Positions 1 to 13,460 of a DNA stretch of 64,000 bases are shown in pieces. The translations under genes were made by a program, and so were the position numbers. The notes under the pieces were generated by a model, which had not been told where the DNA came from, searched no databases, and was given only the letters and a program-made list of their open reading frames with translations. Location of the stretch: assembly GCA_951406725.2 (NCBI GenBank), contig OX597818.1, forward strand, positions 25,544,001 to 25,608,000. The letters are read 5' to 3'. Positions within the stretch are counted from its first letter, which is position 1. Each line of letters begins with the position of its first letter. The stretch is from Octopus vulgaris. Taxonomy: Eukaryota.

Positions 1-1634
1 AAAGTTCTAAATATTTCCCCGAGTTATTTTTGCTATATTTTCTCTTTCCATTTTGTTTTGTCGCAAGTTCTGTTGTCTACTCTTGTTAACTTTTTCTGTA
101 CGTTTACCAGTATTTTAAAATTGTCATCTTACATTGCAATTGCAATTTTCACTGCATTCTGTTAAAGTAAATAAGCTATGCTATATATATAATTTTCACT
201 TGTGTTACTTCAATAATTATAAAATTAAGCATAGTGCATTGATATTTATGTATTTTTATATACATTCAAAATTATACCTCATTCTGTTTCTCTAATTGCT
301 TCTCTTATAGTGATAAATGGCCCCAATGATTTACATTTCAACAATGAACTGAAATAGTTATATCCATTTCCTGGGGATACTTGTCATAATAATCACTTTA
401 ATAGGGAGTTGCAATTGTGTGTGTGTTCCCCTATTCATACATGTTAGTAATTAGAATGTATGTCACTGAATGGTTACTGTTAGTCCAGGTAGAATAATTG
501 AATTACTTGAATTTATATTGAGAAAAGTAAAGTGGTTGTTATCATGAAGTACATCAACTTATGAAATAAACAAATGTCTAAAAATGTGTACACTCTATCC
601 AAGCTGTAATAAAAATGTTGCTCTATATAATCACGACAATTACTATTGTAATCAATAGCCTCTTAAAAGTAGTACAACCTTTACTAGAAGCATTTATTTA
701 CCCTTTTATTATTTCAGAAAAGTGTCAAGCTCTTTGTAACCTGTGGGATCTGGGGAATCCTCTAGGGTTGAAATTATTTGCTTTTTTGTACTTGGCTTTT
801 TTTTTTCTACAAAATTTTTTATGACAAAACCGTAAGGGTAGTATGATCTCCAAATGATGACATTTTGTTTCTGATTCAAATTTTGGTTAAAAAAATCACA
901 ACTGAGCACAAAAATAATTGTTTTGGGAACTTGGTTGTAACAATTATCATTTTGGGTTCAAGTTATAGCGCTTCCTTATTTAGTCATTCCAGTAATAAAA
1001 TAAATTAGTTTAATAAGTTTGCAGTATTGTCTTTATCTGCATAAATATTACATACACTTATAGTTGATTTTCATATTAACTGTAGCTACACATGCAACAT
1101 TTTGGCTCTTTGAAAACAAATTTGTAAATAATGTCAAAATACCATAGGATTTAAGAAAATGTAGCCATAGTAAATGAGAAAATGTTGATTCTTTCACCAA
1201 GCTGTTTCGTTTCATTCAGAAACAAGGAATGTGAAGAAAGAAGTTCATGTCAGTTTATTTTCTCTAAGTCAATTTTTTGCAAATTTCTTAATCTTTTGAA
1301 GAAAATGTAATACAGTTTTTTTGTTTTTTTTAATTAGTCAAAGAAATGAAAGAAAGAATAGAAGCAGTGCTTGAAACAAATATTAACATGTTATTTAAAG
1401 CAATTTGTTGTTACTGTTGTAATGGAGCAGTAATTATATTTGCAGAAAAAAACATTTTGATGAGCATCCAGGAAATTGAATGAAAATAGTTTTTAATTGT
1501 CAGCACCATTTAAGTTACTCAGAAATTATAAGGGATGGTTCATTTTCACTAGTCATTAAATTGCTACCTTTATGTCTTCATCATATTTTATCTATATAGA
1601 TGACTCAATTATTGATTTCTATCTTTTTCTTCAG

Positions 1635-1915
1635 ATACAAAGGAAAAAGAATTATACCAACTACACCAAATCAGCCAAGTGAAGCTTCTGCTCATTTTAT
1701 GTTTGAGTTGGCAAAGAATGTTTTGTTTAAAGCTGGGGGTAATAGCTCAACCTCACTTTTTACACGACCCCCAAATAACAACAATCCTACTGGACCACAT
1801 CGCAACTTACATCTATGTGCTTTCCAAATTGGTCTCTATGCTCTTGGATTACACAATTGTGTATCACCCAACTGGCTGTCTCGTACCTACTCTTCTCATG
1901 TTTCTTGGATAACAG
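1635..1915 (+). CDS. ZSWIM8: ZSWIM8 (CUL3 substrate adaptor) internal coding exon
   Basis: Translates RYKGKR..PNQPSEASAHFMFELAKNVLFKAGGNSSTSLF..GPHRNLHLCAFQIGLYALGLHNCVSPNWLSRTYSSHVSWITG, the conserved ZSWIM8/EBAX-1 C-terminal region. ttcag acceptor ends 1634; GT donor at 1916. Confidence 0.95.
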
Positions 1916-2329
1916 GTAATATCTTAGTCTCTACTGCTAATGATTACATGTATTGAATATTTATGTTAAATGTTTATTTTCATACAATAGTTCCAAAACA
2001 AACAAAGCAACAATGGTTTTAAATATCATTAAAAACATTTTAAATACTAGCTGACAACCAGAAATGTCTGTCCATAAAATGCTTACCTGGAAAATTATAG
2101 CTTCTAAATCAGTGTGAGGTTGGTATCAGAGTATTGAATCATTCACACACTAACATATATGAATAATATTCTTATGGTCAACATTTACTCACTAGCAACC
2201 GCTTCTAGGCTTTGTTACTAACTCAGTTTTTAACTAAATTAGATGATGTTTACATTTTTAGACTGGTCACATCATAAGCTGCATTTTCAGCTACAAAATT
2301 TGAAAATTGCTTTGGTAGAGAAAAAGAGT

Positions 2330-2790
2330 TTCAGTAAAATATGAGAGGTTAAAAACAGGAGAGTAACACCTGAAATCAACTTTCAGTCCAAACATCTTTT
2401 TTTTTTTAAGAAATCTATATTTTATTTTAGCTTATATGATAGATCTCGGTAAGAGGACTCTATTCATGTTACTTATATGCAAAAATATTTGGTAGAAAAA
2501 AGTACTGAGGTAAAAACCAGCCCCCAAAAAAAGATTAACGCCTGAAATCAAATTTGACTCCAAATATTATTCTTATTTCAAAAGGAAATTATCTTTAAAT
2601 TCAACTTTTCTGATAGATCTCCACTAGAGGAATCTGATTATGCCAATTATATAAAAAAATTTTTAATTAAAAACTACTGGGGCCAAATGTGCCGAAAAAG
2701 TGGTAACACCTAAAATGAAATTCAGACCTTAAAAATTTTTCTTTTTACCTCATATGATAGACCTCAGCAAGACAAGTGTTGTGATGCTAA
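2330..2790. repeat. Three degenerate ~170-bp tandem units in a ZSWIM8 intron (probably internal repeats of an old non-autonomous element)
   Basis: Recurring TAACACCTGAAATCAA...TGATAGATCTC..AGAGGA motifs near 2364, 2536 and 2703. Confidence 0.55.
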
Positions 2791-3082
2791 TCTTTTCAAG
2801 TGTATGTACATATATCAAATTTGTATGTTTTTATGGTCACCTAACATTAGTAGATTTAAAATTTTACAATTTGGTTCATCTTATGTTTGTTGAATGGTAC
2901 CATTGACCACATTTCATATTTTCCCAATTTGATTGTCTTCCCTATTTTGAATTAAGAGAATATCTCTACTAAAGATGTATTGAATTTGAAATCTTCTGTG
3001 AACTTCTGGTGTTATGTGTGTGTGTTTATATCATAATGAAATATTTTGTTTTGAATATATTTTTCTGTTTTTGTTTCAACAG

Positions 3083-3457
3083 GTCAAGCAATGGAGATTG
3101 GGAGTGCTGCAATCAATATTCTTATTGATACTTGGGAAGGTCACCTTACCCCACCTGAAGTTGCATCTCTTGCTGACCGTGCTTCAAGAGGTCGAGATCC
3201 CAACATGGTAAAGGCAGCATCTGAACTGTCTCTCTCTTCTTTACCCCATGCTCATGCTTTAAATCCCATTGAAGTGCAACGTGCCTTGCTTCAATGCAAG
3301 GAACATAGCAAAGAGATGCTGGAGAAAGCTTGTCTTGCTGTTGAAAGTGCTGCTAAAGGCGGTGGTGTTTACCCTGAAGTTTTGTTTGAAGTGGCACGAC
3401 ATTGGGACAAGATGGCTGAAGAGTCTGCTCACCTTAGTAATAATGGAAGTGCACAAG
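3083..3457 (+). CDS. ZSWIM8: ZSWIM8 internal coding exon
   Basis: GQAMEIGSAAINILIDTWEGHLTPPEVASLADRASRGRDPNMVKAASEL..ALNPIEVQRALLQCKE..GGGVYPEVLFEVARHW. AG at 3081-82, GT at 3458; phase 1 matches the previous exon. Confidence 0.95.
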
Positions 3458-4173
3458 GTAGATATGCTAATTGCTTTGGTTTTTTTTTTATTTATTTATT
3501 TTTCTAATGCTTTTTTTTGTTTTAATTTTACTTACAATGTGGTTAATTATTAGTATTAAAAGCTACAACAATACAGTTAAAAATAAATAAGAAGAACAAT
3601 GTATACCTTTATCTTATTTATTTCATTATTTTGACCATGACAAACCCAAGACCTGAGTAAGGAAAGTGGAACAGTGTTCTGATATGTGCAGTTAGTTAGA
3701 GTAGAGGAACATTGTAACATTTACAGATCAATAGTTAGATCAACCAGTGAGCATCATGCAAATCTTGTCAGTTGTTGAATGAAGGTGACCTTTCTGATTT
3801 TCATTATGTTCTGTAATAATGTGAACCTCTTGTCTAACTAATCTTTCAAACTAATTTCAAGTTGAAGCACTGGTACAGTTATGGACCTTAAATTTTTTTT
3901 TTAACATTTAGCTAGTCCTTTTCATATTGTTTACATAATCTGCACTAGGTATCATGAAGTCATTTTTATTCTACTGCAAGAAAAGACTCTGTATTGTCTT
4001 GTTGTAATACTTTTAAGTTCAAAGAATATAAACAACTAAGTAGCTCTAATTCTCATAGCTTTTAGTTTGTGTTATAAATGTTAAGTTGCATTTGATGTTT
4101 TTATAGTTAATTATATTTTAGTATTAACTATTGTATATTAAATTTTTATTGAAATGTATATTTCTTTCTTCAG

Positions 4174-4769
4174 GAGATTTGTCTGTGGCTTTGGAAGCTT
4201 CCCATTCTCAAGATGAAGATAGCAACCGGCCATTGATGGTGGATTGTGTAGGAGACCAGATAAATCCTTCATCTAACACCTCTTCTGCTCTTCCTATGAT
4301 TACTTACAACCAACAGCCTTCTCACACATCTACTAATTCACAGGTCTCCACCCAAGGAACTCCTCCACCACCACCGCAAATTATCTTGCATTCCTCTAAC
4401 CATATGAACCATCCTGGACCAATGGTGATTCCATACACACTTCCTGGGCCTGCCCAAAATGGCCAGATGCCCCACCACCCAACCACCTATGTGCCAACAT
4501 ACAGTATCTTCAATCACCACCACCATCATCAGTACCCTCCACCACCACCACCTCCCCCACAGACTACTCACATTCCACTCCATAATAATTTGCACCACCC
4601 TGGAGCCTATATTACAACTTATTCTTATCAGAACCAGTCACCATTTCCTGTTGGTAACCTTCAGAACATTCAGAATGTTCATCAAAATACTGCACAGATC
4701 TTCTCCAATGGAACTAATATCCGACATCTAGGCCCCACCATGCAAATCTATCCAAACCCAAACTGTCAA
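4174..4769 (+). CDS. ZSWIM8: ZSWIM8 exon, Pro/His/Gln-rich low-complexity region
   Basis: Open frame with ttcag acceptor (ends 4173) and gtaagt donor (4770). Phases 1/0 connect the flanking conserved exons. Confidence 0.85.
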
Positions 4770-5561
4770 GTAAGTATGATAGATTCTACAGTCATATTAA
4801 TATATAACTAAATGTTGTTTATTTTTAAATAATTAGCTTAATTAAACTTATGGCAACGATGCAAGAAACAATCTATAGACAATAACAATTTTGGTTAAGT
4901 GTTATTATAAGTTATACTGTACATATCATTGTACAATGTTTTGTTGAAAGGGAAGGAATAATAATCAAAACATAGTGTCCAATGTGCTGACAGTTTTTCT
5001 TTTCCTTTATTTTTTTATGCTAGTGATTTTTAACTATATTTAGAAGCCAGCATAATGATTAATTTTAGAGTAACAGTAATTACCTTTCAAAGTTTTAAAA
5101 TATTGGAAAAAATAAGAAAATTGCTCAGTATTTTATTGTGAAGCCACTGTTAAAAAACTCTCTGCTTTTGACTATTTAAATTATTGATTAAGTGAATAGG
5201 GTTCAAGTTCTTAATTTCAAAGATTAAAAGCCTAACACTGTCACTCCTATTCTCTCTAGTTTTTGAATTAGAAGAGGATATCTAACCTTCTGTAAAAACT
5301 TTTTAAATATCTTGATGTGAAAAAATAATTGGTTTGATTTTAGCATAAAAAAGGGCGTGAAGTCATCAAAAATGAAACTGCTAACTTAGGCCTTATTTAT
5401 CGTTCTTTTGTCTTTTAGATATAAATTAATTTCTCCTTTGGACACATTTTGAATATTATTACTTTGTTGCAGATATTAACAGTTATACTTGTAGTTATAG
5501 CTTATAATATGAAAATCTAAAATGTGAACTAACTATGAATGTGCATAAAAAATTGTTTCTC

Positions 5562-5633
<72 letters not shown>

Positions 5634-5720
5634 CAAACTGTAATTTTACCAAGTTGACTTTGTGATACACTTTTTATGGGTATTATTTTTATGTTGTATT
5701 TGAATTTTATTTTATAATAG

Positions 5721-6090
5721 CTTGGGTCACTTCAGCCAGTGCATGGTGGCAACACAGCAACAGCAACTGCAGGAAATAATGTTCAACATGTGGACCAACC
5801 TCCTGTGTTTACACCATGCCAGCCTACCTCCTCAAACTGTGTTCCTGGCCAGCAGCAAGGCCCACTTTGTGTTGGCCAGCAACAGCAGCAGCCTGTTGGA
5901 CAGTCCAATATTCAAACCCCTTCTGCTATTAATAATCAGACACAAATGAACTACCTGATGGCTGCCTATAGAGTTGGCATGCTAGCTATGGAGACACTTG
6001 GTCGGAATGATCGTCCACATATGAAATATGCTCGCAACCCTCCCTATGGTGAGGATGTCAAAAGACTCCTTGGAGTTGCCATCAAATTAG
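5721..6090 (+). CDS. ZSWIM8: ZSWIM8 internal coding exon
   Basis: LGSLQPVHGG..QQQ..YLMAAYRVGMLAMETLGRNDRPHMKYARNPPYGEDVKRLLGVAIKLG. tag acceptor ends 5720; probable GC donor AG|GCAAGT at 6091. Confidence 0.9.
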
Positions 6091-6799
6091 GCAAGTAAAA
6101 TTTTTTGTCATTATGAAAGAAGAAAACTATTTGGTTTGTTATATTTTCTTCAATATTCTAATTGATATAATTTTGCTTAAATGGAAACTTCAGTAATTTT
6201 TCATAGATTCTTAATTCTATTTTTAACTACAAAAGTTATCAAAAATTTGTTTGATGCAAACTTTAAAAAGACAAATCAATGTTTTTGTCTCCTTTTAAAT
6301 TTCAGTCAGATATTAAAAATGTGACATAACTATTAGATGCGAATTCGTTAACTACTTTTGGAGTGAACCTGATGTATTGAATGATTTCTGTAGCTGTTAC
6401 TTGAATGATAGACATTTTTGAATAGGAGTATGATGTCCTGATATTTATCCTAGCTTTCATGTTGTTAAGTTGTTGAGAGGTATCTCTTTGTGTAGAAATA
6501 GCAATATATGACAAGTTTTGGTCATGAGGGAAATTTGAACTCAGTACTTGCAAGCTATCTATATTTTCAGTTATGTTCTGACTGTTATTTCTCAATGAGA
6601 GCTGTATTATCTTGTGGTACCTATTTATAAAATAGGTGATTAGATTGATTTGGACTTTACCCGAGATTCATTGTGATACTAGTGATGGGTTATAAACTAG
6701 AGATCATTTGATTAAGAGCTTGACATTTTTTCATTTTGCTAGTTATGATTTACAGAGTAGTGATATATTGTTGGTTTTTCTGAAACCTGTGGCCTTCTA

Positions 6800-7251
6800 C
6801 ATGGGATGGATCCAGCCTACGTATGCATACCTTCCCTTCTTGGGACACAAAACTCTACTTGTGAAGACCTGTTGAGGCAAGTGAAGATCAGAATCGAAAT
6901 CGATCAATGGAAATTGCAGATGTGTTACCAGTGCCGGTGGCATGTAAGAGAACCATCCGTTTGCGACCGTTGCCAGCGCCGCCCCGACTGGCCTCGTGCC
7001 GGTGGCACGCAAAAAGCACCATCCGTTCGTGTCCGTTGCCAGCCTCGCCTGGCCCCCGTGCCGGTGGCACATAAAAAGCACCATCCGTTCGTGGCGGTTT
7101 GCCAGCTCTGTCTGGCACCTGTGCGGGTGGCACTTAAAAAGCACCCACTACACTCACGGAGTGGTTGGCGTTAGGAAGGGCATCCAGCCGTAGAAACACT
7201 GCCAGATCTGACTGGGCCTGATGAAGCCTTCTAAACAATGATGATGATGAT
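6800..7251 (+). mobile_element. 5'-truncated RTE LINE 3' UTR copy with (ATG)n tail
   Basis: Matches the reverse complement of 17185-17760 (GGAGTGGTTGGCGTTAGGAAGGGCATCCAGC, ~62-bp GC-rich subrepeats, ATG tail). Confidence 0.85.
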
Positions 7252-7699
7252 GTATGACTAAACCTTTCTGAACAAGAAAACTACAACAAAAATATTATCT
7301 GATATATAGATAGAACATCTAACCAAGAAGCTTATCTGGTTTATTAATGGTATGTGCATATATATCTGTGAATGTTTACAACCTATATTGAGCTATGACT
7401 ACAAATGGTGACATCACAATTTGCAGCTCAGTTACTAACAATGATGTCACTGTTTGGTTGGACAGTGATATCTGTTGACACTTCTTGTCAAGAAACTGGT
7501 TGCTAGTTCTGTGCTTTCAGTTTCATCTGGTATATAAAAAAAATTTCTACTAAAAAAACTGGTTACAGTTAGGGAAAAGATCATCTGGCTGTAAAAATCC
7601 TACCTTAATGTCTAAGTTATTCTTACATGAAATAAGAGACATTGAAATGAACAAATGTTAAAAGCAAGAAATATTTTGAAATTTATCTTTATAACTTAA

Positions 7700-8334
7700 C
7701 TAGCAGTATCGCCCAGCGTTGCTCGGGTTTGTAAGGGAAATAACTATATAAGCATTTTTAGAGAGTTATAGCCAAAAAAATAGCAAAAAATGCATTAAAA
7801 ATGGAAAAAATATGATGGTAAATTTTTTTTTAAATCGTTGACTCATCGTAGACATTTTTAGAGAGTTACTTCCCTTATATAATAGCGAAAAAATGCATTA
7901 AAATGGAAAAAAAACGATGGTAAATTTTTTTTTAAATCGTAGACTCATGTAGACGCTTTCTTAACCATTTCTGTTTTGGTGTCTTCAAGCCATGAAGTCG
8001 TTCTAAAAGAACACTGGTCTCCTTGACAACGCATTACGACGTTGATTTCCTTACACTCCCTTCCCCACAGGTGCAGGTGTGAGCGTGGACGCCAACTCCG
8101 CCGCCATCGACACACGAAAAATTATGCATTAAAATGGAATAAAAAATGATGTTAAATTATTTTTAAAATCGTAGACTCATCGTAGACGCGCGCTAATATT
8201 CAGACGGGCTCGATATGAATCACGACTATAAGCTACCCGAATTTGGTTAAACTGTACCGCAAAATGTGGGAGTAGTTAGGAATCTAAATCGAAGGGGACA
8301 GACACTCACACAACTACAGTTTTATATATATAGA
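7700..8334 (-). mobile_element. Non-autonomous Helitron
   Basis: On -, starts TCTATATATATAAAA and ends with hairpin CCCGAGCAACGCTGGG then CTAG. Inserted between A and T without TSD; internal direct subrepeats. Confidence 0.8.
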
Positions 8335-8379
8335 TATACATAGCGCAGTAGTGGTGAGATATGACAGCAAAGAAAAGCA

Positions 8380-8772
8380 TACATTCACTCTCTGCATGCA
8401 ATTAGACTCGGAAAGTTCGTGAGGAACCCATTGACCCAATTTGCTGACTTTTCCGATAGCACACAGGTGTCAATGAATGGTTGAATGACCAAATCCAAGC
8501 TTCTCTGCTAGTTCCTCAACAGTTACGATGATATTTTGTTCCACCAGGGTTTTCAGGATGTCCTTGTCGAGTTCTACAGATCTTTCAGGATGAGGCTCGT
8601 CTTCTAGGCTGTAGTTTATGGCTCGGGATTTCTGGAACCACCATTGACACTGCCTTACGCTTATTGTCCAATCCCCATATACTGCATTAATATTTCTTGT
8701 ACTTTGCACACATTTATATTCCGTTATTCTTTTATATGTTTCAGCCTTGAGGTTGTGGCCATGCTGGATCAT
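8380..8772 (-). mobile_element. Mariner transposase N-terminal (HTH) remnant
   Basis: STRNINAVYGDWTISVRQCQWWFQKSRAINYSLEDEPHPERS..VEELAEKLGFGHSTIH resembles Mos1/Hsmar-type HTH domains; catalytic domain absent. Confidence 0.8.
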
Positions 8773-8962
8773 GTGTGTGTGTGTGTGTGTGTGTGTCTAT
8801 CTGTCTGTCTGTCTGTAAGTATATATGTATATGTATGTGTGTGAACAATAATATTTTCAACAGATGTGTTGCAAATGTATCTGATTGTTCTCAAGCTTCA
8901 ATACTGTGTGTGTGTGTATGTATGTATATGTATGTATATGTATGTATGTATGGATGTGTGTA

Positions 8963-8993
<31 letters not shown>

Positions 8994-9692
8994 ATGTATG
9001 TATGTATGAGTGTATGTTTACTTTATTACTAATTACTCTCTTCCAAGAACATTTTCACTCACTCTTAGCTCTTAGCTTCCCATACATTTTACTCATGTAT
9101 CTATCAGCGTCATAGACAGAATACTTTCACTTTAGTCTTCCTCAAATCACTCTGTCGCTATTTACTTTCATTTTATTCGTTGCCCACTGTGTGTGTGTGT
9201 TTGCGTGTGGTGTAAACCAGACTAAGAAAAGCATTTGACACACACACCAGAATGTGAGTTTTCTGTAAATTTTGCTTAATTGGAGTTTAAATTTTAAAAA
9301 CTGGACCTGGCATGACGCGATGCATTGTACTCTCAAAAATGCTAGGTAAATTGTAATTGAAGAAATCCTATATTGTAGATTTCTATAACTCCCAAAGGGA
9401 GGCAGATAAAATCTGCCTTTTATAATAAGAGATATCATTGCTTTGTTGTATTGAAAACTAAAAACAAAGAAAAAAATTAACTTCATTTTGCTCTTTATTT
9501 TTTTTTTATGTTTTTAGCAAACATTAATTATTTGAGAAGACTTAGATGGATAGTTATTTGTTAAATTAAAAGTTAAGTCACCAAAATAAGACATGATTAA
9601 ACAGCATTTAACCTTGGTGGCCTTATAGAATTTATATATTTATTATCCATTGTAACTAAAATCTACCTGTAATTAAACATTTTTATTCATAG

Positions 9693-9870
9693 GAAGCAGT
9701 TATTTGCAGCAGTTTTGTGCCAGTGCTGTTAACGCTGTAGTCAGTCCATTCGTTCTCTACGACATTGCCTGGGAAGCTGCGCACTATCTGGCTCATAACA
9801 ACCAGACTCCAGTGCACAACTGCCTGCGCTCAAACTTCCTCAACCCACTGGTGCAGAAGTGTATACAGAT
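9693..9870 (+). CDS. ZSWIM8: ZSWIM8 penultimate coding exon (absent from the ORF track)
   Basis: Manual translation (G)SSYLQQFCASAVNAVVSPFVLYDIAWEAAHYLAHNNQTPVHNCLRSNFLNPLVQKCIQ(M) fits the ZSWIM8 'QFC...SPFVL...LVQ.C' block. tag acceptor ends 9692; gtaagt donor at 9871. Confidence 0.92.
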
Positions 9871-11622
9871 GTAAGTATAATAGCTGTATGACCTAATACT
9901 TATATGACTTAATGATAGTTTTTAACATTGACCTAGATATATTAAAAGATATGATGAAATTCATTATTAACCTAGAGTTTATACATTTAAGAGAACAGAA
10001 GAAATATGTCAACCCTATGCTTATCTAATGTTATTTTTACTTTGTTAAACTTTTGTAAAATTCATCGTACTCTATATATATATTATACATCAAAACCACA
10101 AATCCAAGTAAACAGTACCTTAGAATATGTAATTTAAAATTATCTTAGAATAAGAAATTGAATTATGTTTCCAGCAAGAGTTTTACAAAAGCATCAAAGG
10201 ATTAGTTAGTAAATATATTTTACATCACGACTTTTGAACATTAGTGCTGTGTTGGTTATAGTTTCCAATGGACCAGTTACTTAGTTCACTGCGTTCCTGA
10301 CAGTGAGAGTAACAAGGGAATATCTATAATTCAATATAGAAAAAATAATTCAAAGAACTTCATTCATAAAGCATTGGTTTCTCATTGATATTTATATTTT
10401 TCGCCAAAAGATATATATCATCATCATCATACATCTGTTTTCCATCCTGGTTTGGATTGGACAGTTTCACAGGTGCTGCACCAAACTCTGTTGTCTGCTT
10501 TGGCATAGTTTCTATGGCTGGATGCCCTTCCTAATGCTAACCTCTTTATGGAGCATACAGGGTGCATTTTTCATGCCAAAACCCATTCATGTATATATAG
10601 TGGACTTTTGTGCAGTTTCTATCTACCAAATTCAACTTGCAGGAATAAGCAACCCTCTTGCCTAAGATGGTATACAGTGAGATCATACCCAGTGTCATGT
10701 GGTTGTGAATGTGTACTTGAATATTATATTAAAATAGATGGTAGAAGACCTGAATTTTAAAAATCCAGAGAAACTGCTTTTAAAAGGCTACAAATGAATT
10801 AACAGAAAAATAAAATTTTGGAGTGGGACTGTATTTAGTTGAGAACCAAGATCCAATGAAATGTAAATCAAACCGAATAACTTCTATGTTTAACCATGGT
10901 TTATGGTGTTTCAGAAAAGTGTACTGTTGCTTCTTTTTATCTACTGCTTGTTTTCATGTAACATAATTCCTAATCAATATAATGGAGTTTAATTTCAATT
11001 ATTTTTGTGTTAATATATGGGATATTATTTGAGAGATGCTTAAACTTTATTATGCTGTATTTTTAAAATTTATTACAAAATGGTAACTATTCTCCCATAT
11101 CACCTGATATTGCCTCTGACTGGGAAAATATAATTTAACTTTTATCACCTTGTGATTCATTCAAAGAGAATTTTCTTATCCCTGATAAGTGACATACTTT
11201 CAGCCTTCGTATGGAATATGGTTTGCAAAGTGTATTATTACTAATATTGTTATCACACTCTGTTGTTGAGATTCTGTTGAATGTTGTTTTATTTATGTTA
11301 AGATTGTGGTTATTAGCAAATATCCTTGAAGCAATAGGGGTTTTTACATCTTTTAAAACTACTTGTGAAGGTTAGATAATTGGTGAATAATCTTTTTTAG
11401 TTATTTTGTCTAAATGATATTTCTATTTTACCTCTTAAGTATAAAAGTTTGCAAACCAACTCAATATGTAAATTAACTCAAGTCAATAAGTAACATATTT
11501 AAAATATTAGTACTTTTAAAAAATTTTTTTAATTTTTGAATAGTTTAAATATATTAAATTTAAAATTTGTTTCACACTATGCATTCTATCTTTAATTTCT
11601 TTTTTCCTTTTCTTTTTTATAG

Positions 11623-11866
11623 GTTCATGCATTGTGCGCATCATCGCATTCATCATATAACATCACCTGAATATGATGATTTTGTCAGCATCATCTGTAC
11701 TGCACAGAAAGCATTCTGCATGTCCCCTGGGGGCCCTGTGCAGTTCAATGAGCTGCTCCAAAGTCTACGCCGCTCCAAGTCATGCCGCAAAGAACTCTGG
11801 CAGAAAATTGTCAATGGACTCACACGGGGAGCATGTAATGTCACCAGCTCTAAAATTTCTCTATAA
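11623..11866 (+). CDS. ZSWIM8: ZSWIM8 terminal coding exon
   Basis: (M)FMHCAHHRIHHITSPEYDDFVSIICTAQKAFCMSPGGPVQFNELLQSLRRSKSCRKELWQKI..stop TAA. Long pyrimidine tract plus AG at 11621-22; phase 2 matches. Confidence 0.95.
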
Positions 11867-13086
11867 GCAAAAAGATACTCTGGAAATAAATATTAATGCT
11901 GGCATTTGTTTGAGATGTCATCTTCTAAATTGCAGGCTGCAGTGTTAAATTCACTATAATAAGTAACATCACAACTCATAATTTTTTCTAGTAGACATTA
12001 GTGAAAACACTTGCAATTAAAAGTTTACTTATTTGCCTTTAGTCCCAAGTAGGTAAGCAGATGTCTGTAAATGCAAGCATTGATAGCTTCAATTATTCAG
12101 GAATCATGCATTCACTCAATGAAGAAAATGTGATCTGCTGGAAATACATACCTAGGAATGTGTATTGTCACAATTAGTATAGTAAGCTAAATATAAGTCC
12201 TTGAATATTATAAAATATTATAAAAGCAGTGGTTTGTTTTTCTTGTTCTCACCTCCGTTTGTATTGACCCTAATCTTTCTGTTGTTGCTACTTGTCTAAC
12301 AAGTAGAAGTTACATGGCTATTATTGGCTTTTTTTTGGGGGTGGACAATAATGTCTTCCTTGAAAGACAAATTAAAAATATGTGGATTCAAAGAAGGAAA
12401 TGTTTTTAAAAATTTGGACTAGAAAAATTATTTTATAAAATTTTAATTATAATTTCTTTAATTTAACTTTTTAAAAATTTTTAGTTCAAATTTTTCAAAT
12501 TTCTTTTTTAAGATGCGTATTTTGCATATTTTATTAATAATTTGTCTTACACTTTTGGAAGTTTTTCCAATATGATAGTCTTTTTTTAACCTTTAATGCG
12601 TTACATTCGTTTTATCAGTTTTTTTGTTTTATGGAAGTCTGGAAATCTCAGGAATATATATACATATATTTTTTTTTTTTTGTATAGATTTTCTTTCTTT
12701 CTGGTAACACTTTTTTGTTTTTGCAGAACCTGTGGTTTGATACAGCATAATACCATTGTGGGCCACCATTATAATCTTCTGCTAAAGTTATATTCTTACA
12801 TTTATCACATCATGTCAACAATCTTTAACAGATTGGACTTTGCTTCTGACTGCGGTAGTAATGCAGCTTGCATATCAATGCCACAGTTTGACAAAGCATT
12901 AAATTTGATATTATGAGTGAATGAAAGTGTATGAGTGTATATTTACCCTGTTTACCTTGAAAATGGTGCTAACTTGAGCTTCCTCCTGCTATATTGTTGT
13001 TAGTATCGATCTCTTGGCAAAATACAGGCTTCATTAGATTTGAGTGTAGTTATTCTTATAATTTCTTTCCTGCCCCTCCAAATTTT

Positions 13087-13345
13087 CAGATATATATGTA
13101 CACACACACACACACATATATATATATAGATAGATAGATATATGTACTATATATATATGTACATATAAATATATATATATGTACATATATATGTATGTTT
13201 TTATATATATATATATATACATACATACATGTGTATATATGTATATACACATATGAATATATATATATATCTGTACATATATGTATTTATATATATATCT
13301 GTACAAATATGTATTTATATATATCTGTACATATATATGCATGTA

Positions 13346-13393
<48 letters not shown>

Positions 13394-13460
13394 CATACAC
13401 ACATGTATATGTGTATATATGTACACATATATGTTTATATATATATATATACACACAGAT
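13087..13460. repeat. Compound (AT)n/(AC)n microsatellite, in the probable ZSWIM8 3' UTR
   Basis: Direct inspection. Confidence 0.9.

Noticed and set aside
6797-7193. Overlapping Cys/Arg-rich ORFs here and at 17229-17830 and 26849-27268
   Set aside because: Spurious frames in the GC-rich RTE 3' UTR repeats.
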